Shown in pieces: positions 18,038 to 28,067 of a DNA stretch of 52,835 bases. The notes under the pieces are model-generated. The model saw only the letters and a list, made by a program, of their open reading frames with translations. It ran no database searches and was not told the origin of the DNA. Within the stretch, counting starts at the first letter, position 1. Each line of letters opens with the position of its first letter. This stretch comes from a virus (taxonomy: Duplodnaviria > Caudoviricetes): the IMG/VR virus record IMGVR_UViG_3300022666_000286, positions 1-52,835 of that record. One strand, 5' to 3'. The translations under genes were made by a program, and so were the position numbers.

Positions 18038-21000
18038 TTAGTTAATTTTACTATCATATTTCTTTAAACCGGGGAAGGCATTGTTATCAAATCCATCATC
18101 CAGCGCCGCGTCGAGGCCACTACCTGGGTCTTCGGTAAAGTGAGCGCGAATATTCAGCGTGATGGTTAACTCTGCCGGGTTCTGGCTTTTGATAGGTTGC
18201 AAGATTTTCTTAAAGAACGGCGCCATTACATCAATCGACCCCAAATTACCAGTAATTTCAATGGTTCGTCCATTTTTGATGGGCTTTTCTTCCTCTTTCT
18301 TCTTAACCAACACCCCTTCCAATAATTGGGGGTCATCTTCCGGTAAACCGATTGTGGTCTTGCCATCCAGTCGAAAGGTGAACTTCTGCTCGTTGATTAC
18401 GGCCACGACGGCCTTTTTGAAAGAGGCTTCGTCAATATTATTGTGGTGATTGGTGGCAACAATTTTTTGTACCGCTTTAAGCGTGATCGGATGCTCTCCA
18501 CCGCCAAGCTCTTCGACAGCAGTTAAAATATCGCCAGATGTGACCTGCACCGGCTGTTCGGCGATTTGGCGGTACACGGACGGGCGCATAATCAACCAAC
18601 GCTCGCCGGTGAGCGGCACGTTGGCAGGCAGCGTCTCTTTGAAGTGCAGTTGCACGTAACTGTCGCGTTGATCGCGCGGACTTTGCGCCTCAACCAGTAG
18701 GCCAATGGCCAGCAAACCTTCGTATTCCCCTTTGTTGAGAGTATCCAAAAAGACTTGCTCCCGGGACAGAATGGGCAAACTGACCTGCGAGGTGAATCGC
18801 TCCCACAATTGGGCGGTGGTGACCCACTTTTCCGACTCCGGCCATGCTTTGCTGCTATATCGTTCCAGAAAGGTTGCCGGCGTTAATTCCTTGAGGATTG
18901 CCTGCGTGCCACTGCTTTGAGCCAGGCCTTCCCAGACCATTGCCGCCACCTGTTTGCCGGGGCCATAATGGCCCAACGAAACCGGGTTCAGGGTTAATTT
19001 GTTGGAGACTTTATCCTCAGCCGGGATGAGCGCCGAACTGTATGCTTGAGTCACCGCCTTTAACGTCGCTGATTCGGTATCGCTCATTTGCTCTTTGACC
19101 ACCTCCTGCTGTACAGCGCCAATGCGATCCCAGTCGGCGGCGTTTAGTTGAATTTTGCGCCAGCCCAGATAATCGGCGGCGTGTTCTCTGGCAGCTAATA
19201 CCTGCTCCCGGCTGGGGGCGCAAAAGACCAACGTGTTTCGATGCTGACGCAGCATTGAGAGGTGCCGCTCCAAGATAGCCATCGCTGTTTGCCGGGACTC
19301 TTCGGACAATTCATTGCCGTCCATGGGGTGGTTAAAGCCCAGTACCACCAGCTTCAGAGAGGTGTCATCCCGCTCAACGCTGTCCGAGGGCAAAAAGTAA
19401 ACCTGGTTGAAGCTGTGTTGGGGGCTGCTGCGGCCCAGCGCTTTTTCGGGGATGATTTTGTTGATGTAGGCATCTACCTCATCGGTGTTGGCCAGATTGA
19501 CCCGGTAGGTGTGGTGCAGGCTGGTAACGTTGGGTTCTTTGCGGAATCTGTACCGGGCGTCGTCAAAGTAGAAGTAGAATAACCGCCGGCTGAATTTGTC
19601 CAGCAGGTCATCCCAGGTAACTTCATCCACCTGCTGCCGGGCGCAGGCCAGCCGTATCTCGTGGCGCGTAGCCTCTGGGTTTTCCCCGGCCCCAACGCTG
19701 TACAGCAGGATGGTGGTAGCCAGCGCCCGGGCCAACCCCAGACCGTCAGACCGTTCTGCATCAATCAGTTCCGCTTTAGCCGGCTGTTGCTTTTCGCCGG
19801 AGGCGGGCGCGGCAATGTCGGAGCCGATGACCGACTCCCACTGCATATCGCCGACAATGTCTCTGACCATCGCTCGCAGACTACTGTCGCTGACCGAGAT
19901 ATGCCCCATTTGGATCAGGTCTGGCGCGACGTGTTGGCGCTGGTGCCACAAATCTTGCAGGGCCAGGGCCAGAAAGCGCAGCGTGCCGCGTGTCAACTGA
20001 AAGCCGGGCTTGGCCCCCCAACGCTCGTATAACACGGTGATCAGTTCCGGGTGAAAGGGATAACTGCGGCGCAGCATGTCGCGGTAAGCGGCATCGACAT
20101 ATTGGGCCGGTAAATTGCCCATATTGGTATACAACTGATGGTAATGGTTGGCCACCTGCACAGCCACATTTTCATTCACGCTGTTAAACAAGCGGCGGCG
20201 GACAACTTCGTGAATTTCGGCCCCTTCGATGGGCGTGCACGGCCGAGCCAACCGGTTGATGTGATGCTCCATCCGCTCCAGCCAATCCTGGGCGCGGCTA
20301 CTGAGTTGATCCAGCTTGCTGGCCGTCAGCGAGACCACCAGCATATTTTGGGGGAGCGCGTCCACCACGGCGGTCAGTTCACGTAAAAAAGCCACGGTTT
20401 GTTTGGCCAGGTCGCCTTCAGGCCCTTCGATGGTCGTGACCTTATCCACGTAATGCAGCGTTTCATCCAGCAAAATCACAGACGGCCCGGCAAGTTTTAA
20501 CACCGTTTCCAGCACATCTTCACCGGGGGAGACCAGTTGGGCATCCGACTCGGCCACCAGTTGGAACGCCTCCGGCATGAGCCGGTAGGCCATTTCGCCC
20601 CATAAGGTGCGGATATGAAAACCATCGTCCGTTTTGCGGCCGGTGGGGCTGAGGCGGGTGCATGGCAACACCGCCACCCGGCAGGCCGGTGGCGATTCCA
20701 GCCCGACCTCGTTGACCAGCGCCTTGATTTGCGGTACCTGCATCGAATCCGCCGGATGCTCGAAAAGGTGGTAAATGGCCAGTTCGGTGTGAGTTTTGCC
20801 GCCGCCAAAGCTGGTCTTAAGGTTAATGATGGCGTTGGCCGACCGTTCACCTTTGACAGTCCGCAAAATATCTAGCAAAAGTTGGCGCAAGCCGGCAGTG
20901 AGAAAGGTCTTCTCAAAAAAAACGTTAGCCAGGCGATATTCATCCGGGCCAAGGTTGCGGATGGCCTCGCCCAACTTGGCTTCAAAAAGCGCCTCATTGA

Positions 21001-21061
21001 CCTTACCGTCCTCAATGCTGCTATGTGGGGTGGCCCCGTGCCACCACGGTGTGGTTTCCAT
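18038..21061 (-). CDS. DUF499-family AAA+ ATPase
   Basis: LKTSFGGGKTH Walker A, ILLDE Walker B, SYPFHP, FQLTRGTLR. Confidence 0.9.
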   Translation of the reverse strand: METTPWWHGATPHSSIEDGKVNEALFEAKLGEAIRNLGPDEYRLANVFFEKTFLTAGLRQLLLDILRTVKGERSANAIINLKTSFGGGKTHTELAIYHLFEHPADSMQVPQIKALVNEVGLESPPACRVAVLPCTRLSPTGRKTDDGFHIRTLWGEMAYRLMPEAFQLVAESDAQLVSPGEDVLETVLKLAGPSVILLDETLHYVDKVTTIEGPEGDLAKQTVAFLRELTAVVDALPQNMLVVSLTASKLDQLSSRAQDWLERMEHHINRLARPCTPIEGAEIHEVVRRRLFNSVNENVAVQVANHYHQLYTNMGNLPAQYVDAAYRDMLRRSYPFHPELITVLYERWGAKPGFQLTRGTLRFLALALQDLWHQRQHVAPDLIQMGHISVSDSSLRAMVRDIVGDMQWESVIGSDIAAPASGEKQQPAKAELIDAERSDGLGLARALATTILLYSVGAGENPEATRHEIRLACARQQVDEVTWDDLLDKFSRRLFYFYFDDARYRFRKEPNVTSLHHTYRVNLANTDEVDAYINKIIPEKALGRSSPQHSFNQVYFLPSDSVERDDTSLKLVVLGFNHPMDGNELSEESRQTAMAILERHLSMLRQHRNTLVFCAPSREQVLAAREHAADYLGWRKIQLNAADWDRIGAVQQEVVKEQMSDTESATLKAVTQAYSSALIPAEDKVSNKLTLNPVSLGHYGPGKQVAAMVWEGLAQSSGTQAILKELTPATFLERYSSKAWPESEKWVTTAQLWERFTSQVSLPILSREQVFLDTLNKGEYEGLLAIGLLVEAQSPRDQRDSYVQLHFKETLPANVPLTGERWLIMRPSVYRQIAEQPVQVTSGDILTAVEELGGGEHPITLKAVQKIVATNHHNNIDEASFKKAVVAVINEQKFTFRLDGKTTIGLPEDDPQLLEGVLVKKKEEEKPIKNGRTIEITGNLGSIDVMAPFFKKILQPIKSQNPAELTITLNIRAHFTEDPGSGLDAALDDGFDNNAFPGLKKYDSKIN

Positions 21062-21078
21062 GTAGATTCTCCCTAGAG

Positions 21079-21167
21079 GAATTGTGAATTGCGAATGTCA
21101 CCCACCACTCGCAACCCGTTACTTGTCATTTGTCACTCGTTACGCATCACGCACTACGGATCACTGC
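21079..21167. repeat. Degenerate tandem heptamer array
   Basis: GAATTGT GAATTGC ... TTACTTG TCATTTG TCACTCG TTACGCA TCACGCA CTACGGA TCACTGC. Confidence 0.55.
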
Positions 21168-23917
21168 TCACTTTCATCAAAGCCCAGCGGTAACTGGGTA
21201 AATCCTTCTTTTTTGGGTTTCCCTGCTTTTGGTTTGGCCGTCAGGCCGGAGGGCCACGCGCCCAAAAATCCAAGCGTCAGGCGGCGTTCGCTATGCCCGT
21301 TTTTCTGAATTTCGGCCAGAGCCTGGGCCACCTTGCGCATGGCGTCGCTCTGGTCGGCCAGCAACTCGGCCAATTGCTCGCGCTGGTTGTCCCGCCACAG
21401 CAAATCGGCGCTGTGGATTACATCAATCAGGGGGGCGTCGCCGCTGCGCAGGCGGTTGAGGGTTTGCTCCACCACCTTGGGCCGTTCTTCCGGCCCAAAC
21501 AGCACCATCCGCCGATTGTTATCCACCCGGCCCAGCAACCCCCGCTTTTCCAGTTCAGATAGTTCCACGCCGGTGGCTTTGTCCAACAGCAGCGCCGCGC
21601 CGGTTTCTACCTGCTGATGGCCGTAAGTCCAGCGCCAGAGCAGGGCAAACTGGGTTTCACGATCCACTTCGCCCAGGCTGACCCCTTGCAGGGCTTGCTC
21701 CAGCGAGAAATCCACCACCGCCTGCCGCACCAGGCTGAGAAAGTTGGCTACCGACACCCGCTGACCGGAGCTGTAGCGCACCTCCTCGAAGCGGGAGTAG
21801 ACCGATAGCGCCGGGCCGATGGCGCTGATGAAGAAATCAGCGCCGCCAATGCCGGCTGCCCAGAAGCGGGCCAAGGCTTGCTGCACCGCCTTACGCATCT
21901 CCGGCAGCACTTCATCCAGGTAACCGCTACGGCTGCTGGTGCGTTTGCGGCACACCAGAAAGATGGTAGATTGCAGTACGACCGCATTTAACCAGACCTG
22001 CCGGCTGCGCGTCTCGGTGTTGACCGGCCAGGAGCCTGTCACCTGAAAACCGGAGCTGATCAGGGCTGAGACTAAAGTTTCCCAGGCGCTGGTATCGGTG
22101 TGGGCGTACATAATCATGGCAATGCCGTCTGGTTTGAGAACGCGCCGCATCTCAACCAGAGCCGCTTGCATGCGCTCCTCAAAAAAAGCTTTGGCTGCCG
22201 CGCTGCTCTCGTGGCGGCTATTTTCCTGAATGATTTCTGCTTTTTTGGGGGTCAAGGGAGACGGGAAATGTTCAGGCAAAATATCTTTCAGGGCGCGATG
22301 CACCCAGACATATTGCATATCCGTCAAATCGCTGTAAGACACACTGTCGTAATATGGGGGATCAGTCAAGACGGCATCAAAATAATTATCTTCATACAGC
22401 AATTGCGTTGCATCTCCCCAGTCAACCTTTACTGGTTCTTTGGCAGCATCCAATACACGTTCAAGAGACGGTAATGCCCATTTGTGCATATTCTCCCAAC
22501 TACCAGATGCCCCACCAAACGGATTTACTTCGGCATAATCCCACAGCATTGGTATTCTATGACCAGCGGACGCTGACTGAACTTTATCACCACCACTATC
22601 CCAACGCGAAACCTCAGACAACTTCAAAACCATTCGGCTTAAAGAAAGGGACAAATACAGGCTCACCGCCTGGGCCATTTCTTTTGTTGTCCCATAATTG
22701 CCGATTTCAGTGTGAGCGGCGTGGATTACATCAACAAATGTTGTGAGGGCAAGTAACTGGCGGGCATTATGCACCTGTCCCCAAAAGCTAATACCATAAC
22801 GCCCCAAATTGTTGCCGCGTGATTGTTTGGGCAACGGTTCATCGGGCACTAACGGGAAAAAGGGGTCATCGTGCTCCATTTCGGCCTGGGCCAGCGCCTC
22901 GGCGGCGGCTTGAAAAGTTTGCCGATCTTCGTCACGGGCGGCCATGTAACTGGTGCCACTTTCACCCGCTTTTTTGTAGGCAAAGACCAGCAGCATGCGC
23001 CCGCCCTGCCCGGCAATAAACTGCCGTTTCACTTCGGCGGGGGCAATGGTTTGCGGGCAGTAGGGGCATTGCACCGAGCCGCTGGCCATGGTGCCGGTGT
23101 CGGGGTGGGCGGCTTTGGCGTCTTTGCCGGTTAACACTTCTATCTTCATACTCCGGTTCGGCTGGGGTAACAACCGAAAAGCTATCGGCGGTTTGTCTGG
23201 GCGCCGGCTCAGCCAGCGGTGGGCCACCAGGGGGATTTCGCCGCCGCAGGTAGGGTTGGTGCAGCGGATTGTCTTGGCCCAAAAGTAGGCTACCACGGTC
23301 TGGCCATCGTAGGGTGGGTAATACTTCTCTAGTTGGGGGCGGGCTTGTTCCAGCACCCAGTCGCCCCATTCAGCCACGGCCTGCACCAGGTTGCCGGTGC
23401 GGGGCGTGTCGCCAGTCAGGCTAAAGGCATCTTCGAGCCGGGGCGGCAACGGGAATCGGGTACCGGCAAAGCGCATCGGGTAATCCACTGTACCCAGCAG
23501 GGTCAATACGGCGTTGGGGTTCAGGTCGTGGGCATAGGTTTCGCATCCCAGGCGGGCGGCTTCCAGTGGCAGGGAGCCGCCGCCGGCGAAGGGGTCCAAT
23601 ACCCGGGGCGCATTGCCATCAAAAGTTTGGCGAATGCGTTGGCGCATCTCGTTAATCAGATCGGATCTATTCTGCGGCGCAGCATTAGGCAGCGTAGAGA
23701 TGATGAGTTTTAGTAAATCATCTCGCTCAGATTCCGTGATTGGAGCATTGACCAGCGCGGCAAAAGTGGCGGCGCGACAGGCCGCCAACGGTCGGCGGGC
23801 AAACCAGGTGTGGATAGCGTGAATATCGCCAATGGAAATGGATTTGGAGCTTTCCACCCCAATCTCGGTCAGGGGGATCAACTCCTCAATCATCCGTTTA
23901 GGCAGAGCCTCGGTCAT
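21161..23917 (-). CDS. DUF1156-family N6-adenine DNA methyltransferase with Zn ribbon
   Basis: WFARRPLAACRA, DPFAGGGS (SAM binding), CTNPTC/CPYC, TDPPYYD catalytic motif. Confidence 0.92.
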   Translation of the reverse strand: MTEALPKRMIEELIPLTEIGVESSKSISIGDIHAIHTWFARRPLAACRAATFAALVNAPITESERDDLLKLIISTLPNAAPQNRSDLINEMRQRIRQTFDGNAPRVLDPFAGGGSLPLEAARLGCETYAHDLNPNAVLTLLGTVDYPMRFAGTRFPLPPRLEDAFSLTGDTPRTGNLVQAVAEWGDWVLEQARPQLEKYYPPYDGQTVVAYFWAKTIRCTNPTCGGEIPLVAHRWLSRRPDKPPIAFRLLPQPNRSMKIEVLTGKDAKAAHPDTGTMASGSVQCPYCPQTIAPAEVKRQFIAGQGGRMLLVFAYKKAGESGTSYMAARDEDRQTFQAAAEALAQAEMEHDDPFFPLVPDEPLPKQSRGNNLGRYGISFWGQVHNARQLLALTTFVDVIHAAHTEIGNYGTTKEMAQAVSLYLSLSLSRMVLKLSEVSRWDSGGDKVQSASAGHRIPMLWDYAEVNPFGGASGSWENMHKWALPSLERVLDAAKEPVKVDWGDATQLLYEDNYFDAVLTDPPYYDSVSYSDLTDMQYVWVHRALKDILPEHFPSPLTPKKAEIIQENSRHESSAAAKAFFEERMQAALVEMRRVLKPDGIAMIMYAHTDTSAWETLVSALISSGFQVTGSWPVNTETRSRQVWLNAVVLQSTIFLVCRKRTSSRSGYLDEVLPEMRKAVQQALARFWAAGIGGADFFISAIGPALSVYSRFEEVRYSSGQRVSVANFLSLVRQAVVDFSLEQALQGVSLGEVDRETQFALLWRWTYGHQQVETGAALLLDKATGVELSELEKRGLLGRVDNNRRMVLFGPEERPKVVEQTLNRLRSGDAPLIDVIHSADLLWRDNQREQLAELLADQSDAMRKVAQALAEIQKNGHSERRLTLGFLGAWPSGLTAKPKAGKPKKEGFTQLPLGFDESEQ

Positions 23918-26900
23918 AAAAGTGTCTCCTCATCCGCCGCAGCTTGCCAGGTTGAAGCGTTAAAAACATAGCGTGCGCCGCTGTACAGCACGTCGTCATA
24001 GGTCATTTTTGATAGTGGGTCGCGGATAATGGTCAATTTAGGGTGAGCGCCCAACGGATCGCGCACCACGTAGATATAATACGCATGGCTCAGCTTTTTG
24101 GCAGCACGGCGCTCATTTTCGGTCAACTTGAACTGGCCAGTAGTGGTGCCTTTCACCTCAATGCAACGGGTACCTCCGGGGCCGGTGCTGTGCAAATCGT
24201 AGGGGTACATTTCATGTTCCCCGCTGACGTTTCTTACGTCACGCCCGTGCTTTTTCTCGTAAGCCTGGGCCAGTTCCTCGGCTTTCAGGCCAACATAAGG
24301 TTTTTCATCGATCATGTCTTCGGCAGGAGCGTCAATTAACGCATAAACCGCCGCCGCGCCGATGATTTGCGGCGCACCCAGCGAACAGGCGGCTTCCAGT
24401 TCAAACTGGCGGGTCAGGTCGGCCACTCGCGCTTTGGTCTGATTACGCCGGGCCTCGATCTTCGATAAATCAGCGTCATCCCCGGCAAATACCAGTTCGT
24501 TGTAAGCGTCATTGGCAGCCAATTCCGCGGCCTGGGCATCGGCCAGCATCGGCGCACGCCGCAAGGCGGTAATGTGCTGGCGCTGCCGTTGCACCCGCTG
24601 CAAAAATGGTAACTGCTGTTGGGCCAGACTCCAGGCGATCACCGGCTGCGGCTCTCGCGCCCACTGGCTCAGGTGGGGCGGCGTTAAAAAAGTCTCCGCC
24701 GCCGAAATGAGGTCAATCAGGCTGGCGGCCGGGGCCGACTCCAGCCCGGCAGCGTTTTGCTTGACGGCAAAAAGAGTTTCATCCACCACCTGATCATGGC
24801 CATCGCGCACTTGGGCGGTTAAAAACCAGAGCAGGTAACTCTCGCCCGGCGGCAGATCAACATCAATAAATTTGGCCCCCTGGATCAGGGTCTCGCCCCA
24901 GCGCTGCCGCACCAGCGCCAGCAGCGCGTTAAACACCGCCGTCCCCAGCGCCAGAAACGTGGCCTCGCCGGGCTGATCGGCGGCGTCCGTAGATGAGTCA
25001 TCATAAAAGGAAAAGCGTAGGCGTTGCTGAACCGGAAGCGCCAACGCCTGAGCAATGTTGCCGCGCTGCAAGGTTAGGCTCAGCAGCGCGGCATCGCCCG
25101 GCGGCTGGCTGGCGTCCGGCGCGGCCAGCGGCGTTTCGTTAAGCGCAAGCAGGGTATCTACAAAAAAATGCTGGGCATACTCCGGGGTCAGGCGCGACTG
25201 CCGCGACGACTCCTGCATTTGCCGAAATTGGACGGGGGAGATGGCAAAGGGATGCTCCGGCCACTGTTTATAACGTGTTTCGCCGGCTTGTGTCGCTTGA
25301 ATCAGGGCTTGCAGCGCTGTATCCTGCGAAGCCTCGGTGGTGGGTGAAACCGCTACTCGCGCCAATAATTGCTCCAGGCTTACATCGCTGACCAAAGTAC
25401 TGACCACATCAAACACCTGATCCCCTAAGTGGACGCGCATTTCATCCAGCCGACGCATCAGACCCAGCAGCACCGCACCCTCGCGGGTATCACCGGCGGT
25501 CAGGTTGTAAATTTTGGCGATGCGCTTTTGCCCGTAACGGTGGATGCGCCCCATGCGCTGTTCTAGCCGGGTAGGAATCCAGGGTAAATCGTAATTGACC
25601 ATGCGGGCGCAAAATTGCAGGTTGATACCTTCGCCGGCGGCTTCGGTAGCGAGCATCACCTGGCAGTGCCGCCGAAAATCGGTCTCGGCCTGCCGGCGCT
25701 GGGCGTGGTTCATGCTGCCGTCAATCTGGGTAACGACATAGCCCCAACCCTCAAACAGGCCACGCAAAAAATCCAGCGTATCTTTGAACTCGGTAAAGAC
25801 CAGCAGCTTTTCATCGTTGCCCGACGCAACACCCATCTCAACCAAAATTTCGCGCAGCTTCTCCACTTTGGTTTCGAGGCCGCTCTGCCGCACGGCATCC
25901 AGTTTAGCCAGCAGGTCATCAAGTTGGGCAATCTCCTTGTCCCGTTCAACCTGGGTTCTGGCGGGCGTGGCCGTCTCCGCCTGGGCTTCCTGTCGCCAGC
26001 GACTTGCTTCCGGCTGCTCCTCCAGGTCGCACCAATCGAATTCATCCGGGGTCAGGTCTGGCCCAAACAGCAACCCATCGCGCCGCCGGAGCAGTGATTT
26101 TTTCAACGCGGCAAAGCTGGAGGCCATTCGTCGCTGCAAAATGACCATCGCAAATTCGGTATTCACCTTCACCCGTCCGCCGATACGCTCGGCGGCGCGA
26201 TAAACCTTGTTCACATAATCGGTTAAGGCGGTGTAAAGCGCCATCTCCGGCGGGTTGTCAGCGATGGTATGCCAGCGGGTTTTCACCTGCCGGGGCTTAA
26301 AGAGGGGGTTGCCGTCAAAATCAACCATCTCTTCTTTGAGCCGGCGCAGCATCAGTGGGTTACCACGCTGACCCGGCGCTTTCTGGTTGACAATCTCCGG
26401 CTCGTAAATAGCGTCATCAAGCAGTTGCAGCAACCTGAGAAAGTTGGTGCGGTCGCCCTTGTGGGGCGTGGCCGTGGCCAGCACCAGATGTTTGGCGTTG
26501 CGAGCCAGGGTGCGCCCCAACCGGTAAGCCTGGGTCTCGCGCTGCTCGTAGCCGGCCAGATGGTGGGCCTCATCCACCAGCACCAAATCCCATGAGACAC
26601 TGGCCAACGTGGCCTGCACATCGGCCTGCCGGGCAAACGGCAGCGATGTAATCAACCGGTTGGCGGCGGTCCAGACCTGCGGGTTCTCACGTAACTGTTC
26701 CCGCTCGACAATCTCAAACTCAACCAAAAATTTTTCACGCAGTTCACGTTGCCACTGTACGGTCAACGCCGCTGGCGCAACAATCAAGGTGCGTAAATCC
26801 GGGTCGCGGCTGGCCAGTTCCTTGAACAACAAACCGCCCATCACCGTTTTGCCAGCCCCGGCGTCGTGGGCCATTAAATGCCGGATGCGCGGCTGCGGCA

Positions 26901-27318
26901 GCATCACCCCATACACCGCTTCAACCTGATGCGGCAGCAGATGCACCAGGGCGTTGTTGGCCGCCAGGAGCGGGTCGGCGGTATGAGCCAAGCGCAGCCG
27001 TTCGCCCTCAACAGCTAAACGGAAAGACTGAGCTTTAGCGGTAAATGAGAAGTCATACCTTTGTACGCAAAGAATATCATTCCATGCTGCCAACGGTAGG
27101 CTGGTGTTATAAAACCGCCGCGTCTGTACTCCAACAGCATAAAGCGTGACCAAATCTGGTGAGGACTCATCAATGGACAAAATATCCACCGGTTCCGGCC
27201 AGTAAGGGCTGGAAACCGTCACAGTGGAAATAAGGTGAGCACGCAGTTCGTTCACCTGTGAGGTATAATATTGTTGGTTATCTGGCTGTACCTCTTCTGT
27301 TTTTTCTGGTTCTGGCAC
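23914..27318 (-). CDS. SNF2-family helicase with C-terminal DUF3883-like nuclease
   Basis: HDAGAGKT, DEAHH, TATPH, QRMGRIHRYGQ; C-terminal YDL...IEVKG...LTENE. Confidence 0.92.
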   Translation of the reverse strand: MPEPEKTEEVQPDNQQYYTSQVNELRAHLISTVTVSSPYWPEPVDILSIDESSPDLVTLYAVGVQTRRFYNTSLPLAAWNDILCVQRYDFSFTAKAQSFRLAVEGERLRLAHTADPLLAANNALVHLLPHQVEAVYGVMLPQPRIRHLMAHDAGAGKTVMGGLLFKELASRDPDLRTLIVAPAALTVQWQRELREKFLVEFEIVEREQLRENPQVWTAANRLITSLPFARQADVQATLASVSWDLVLVDEAHHLAGYEQRETQAYRLGRTLARNAKHLVLATATPHKGDRTNFLRLLQLLDDAIYEPEIVNQKAPGQRGNPLMLRRLKEEMVDFDGNPLFKPRQVKTRWHTIADNPPEMALYTALTDYVNKVYRAAERIGGRVKVNTEFAMVILQRRMASSFAALKKSLLRRRDGLLFGPDLTPDEFDWCDLEEQPEASRWRQEAQAETATPARTQVERDKEIAQLDDLLAKLDAVRQSGLETKVEKLREILVEMGVASGNDEKLLVFTEFKDTLDFLRGLFEGWGYVVTQIDGSMNHAQRRQAETDFRRHCQVMLATEAAGEGINLQFCARMVNYDLPWIPTRLEQRMGRIHRYGQKRIAKIYNLTAGDTREGAVLLGLMRRLDEMRVHLGDQVFDVVSTLVSDVSLEQLLARVAVSPTTEASQDTALQALIQATQAGETRYKQWPEHPFAISPVQFRQMQESSRQSRLTPEYAQHFFVDTLLALNETPLAAPDASQPPGDAALLSLTLQRGNIAQALALPVQQRLRFSFYDDSSTDAADQPGEATFLALGTAVFNALLALVRQRWGETLIQGAKFIDVDLPPGESYLLWFLTAQVRDGHDQVVDETLFAVKQNAAGLESAPAASLIDLISAAETFLTPPHLSQWAREPQPVIAWSLAQQQLPFLQRVQRQRQHITALRRAPMLADAQAAELAANDAYNELVFAGDDADLSKIEARRNQTKARVADLTRQFELEAACSLGAPQIIGAAAVYALIDAPAEDMIDEKPYVGLKAEELAQAYEKKHGRDVRNVSGEHEMYPYDLHSTGPGGTRCIEVKGTTTGQFKLTENERRAAKKLSHAYYIYVVRDPLGAHPKLTIIRDPLSKMTYDDVLYSGARYVFNASTWQAAADEETLL

Positions 27319-27339
27319 GAAATGCCACCTGCTAGAAAT

Positions 27340-27372
27340 AAAAAAACGCCGCGTGGATTGACCATGCGGCGT
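27340..27372 (-). terminator. Leader terminator before defence operon
   Basis: ACGCCGCATGG-TCAAT-CCACGCGGCGT-TTTTTT on minus strand, about 20 nt upstream of helicase start. Confidence 0.6.
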
Positions 27373-27458
27373 ATAGGTGCTAATATAGCAGCACCGATTA
27401 GGCGATTACGCCGCCTGACTCGGTAGAATTAAGCCCCGGTTGCAACGGGGCTTTTTTT
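27358..27458 (+). ncRNA. Putative antisense sRNA unit (about 65 nt plus promoter)
   Basis: TTGACC-N17-TAATAT, then AAGCCCCG-GTTGCAA-CGGGGCTT-T run. Confidence 0.55.
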
Positions 27459-27530
27459 GTTAGGTTCCGATTTTAGCACGTTTTGGGAAGAGTAGCGAGT
27501 CTTTGCCCCACTAACGGGTAATAGAATTCA

Positions 27531-27556
27531 GGGCTAACAAGAAGTATTGTTCTACC
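27531..27556. repeat. dif/lox-like site 3 (GGGCTAACAA-GAAGTA-TTGTTCTACC)
   Basis: Family member; overlaps stop of J-domain gene. Confidence 0.6.
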
Positions 27557-28067
27557 TGGAAATGGCCTCTTCATAAGCCGCCCGTAAACGCTTAAAATCC
27601 TCAGCTCTACCCCCTACATCTGGATGGTGAACTTTAGCCAGGGCGCGATAGGCGTTGGTTATTTCGGCTTTATCAGCGTCACTTCTGACGCCAAGAATTT
27701 CCCACCACTGCGCCCGGCCATCGCCCAGCAGCAGGGCCGTATCATTGGTCAGCGCAGCAAATCCCAAGAAAAACTGAGCAAATGTTTGGTCAAGCTGTTC
27801 GGTTTTGCCGGTAACACCATATTCTTCCAGCGCCCGCCACAAGTAGGTGATGGTCAGTTGGGCCGCCCGCAGATTATCCATCGGGTTATTGTAACGGGTG
27901 CAGCGAAAGGCATACCGCTGCCCGGCCCGGTCAAAAATGATTTCAGCCTGGCCGGTGAACAGGTCTTGATTGATTTTTAAGCTGGTCGCGCCCAACTTGC
28001 GCACCAGCGTGGTTAGTTCCTTCTGAATCGTCTGTGGTTGGGCGCTGAATCTGCGGTTTGTTGCCAT
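27552..28067 (-). CDS. J-domain (DnaJ-like) protein
   Basis: WEILGV...AYRALAKVHHPDVGG with HPD motif at C-terminus. Confidence 0.88.
   Translation of the reverse strand: MATNRRFSAQPQTIQKELTTLVRKLGATSLKINQDLFTGQAEIIFDRAGQRYAFRCTRYNNPMDNLRAAQLTITYLWRALEEYGVTGKTEQLDQTFAQFFLGFAALTNDTALLLGDGRAQWWEILGVRSDADKAEITNAYRALAKVHHPDVGGRAEDFKRLRAAYEEAISR

Noticed and set aside
18038-21061. DUF499 ATPase as the missing terminase
   Set aside because: Motifs match DUF499, not TerL; separated from portal by a terminator
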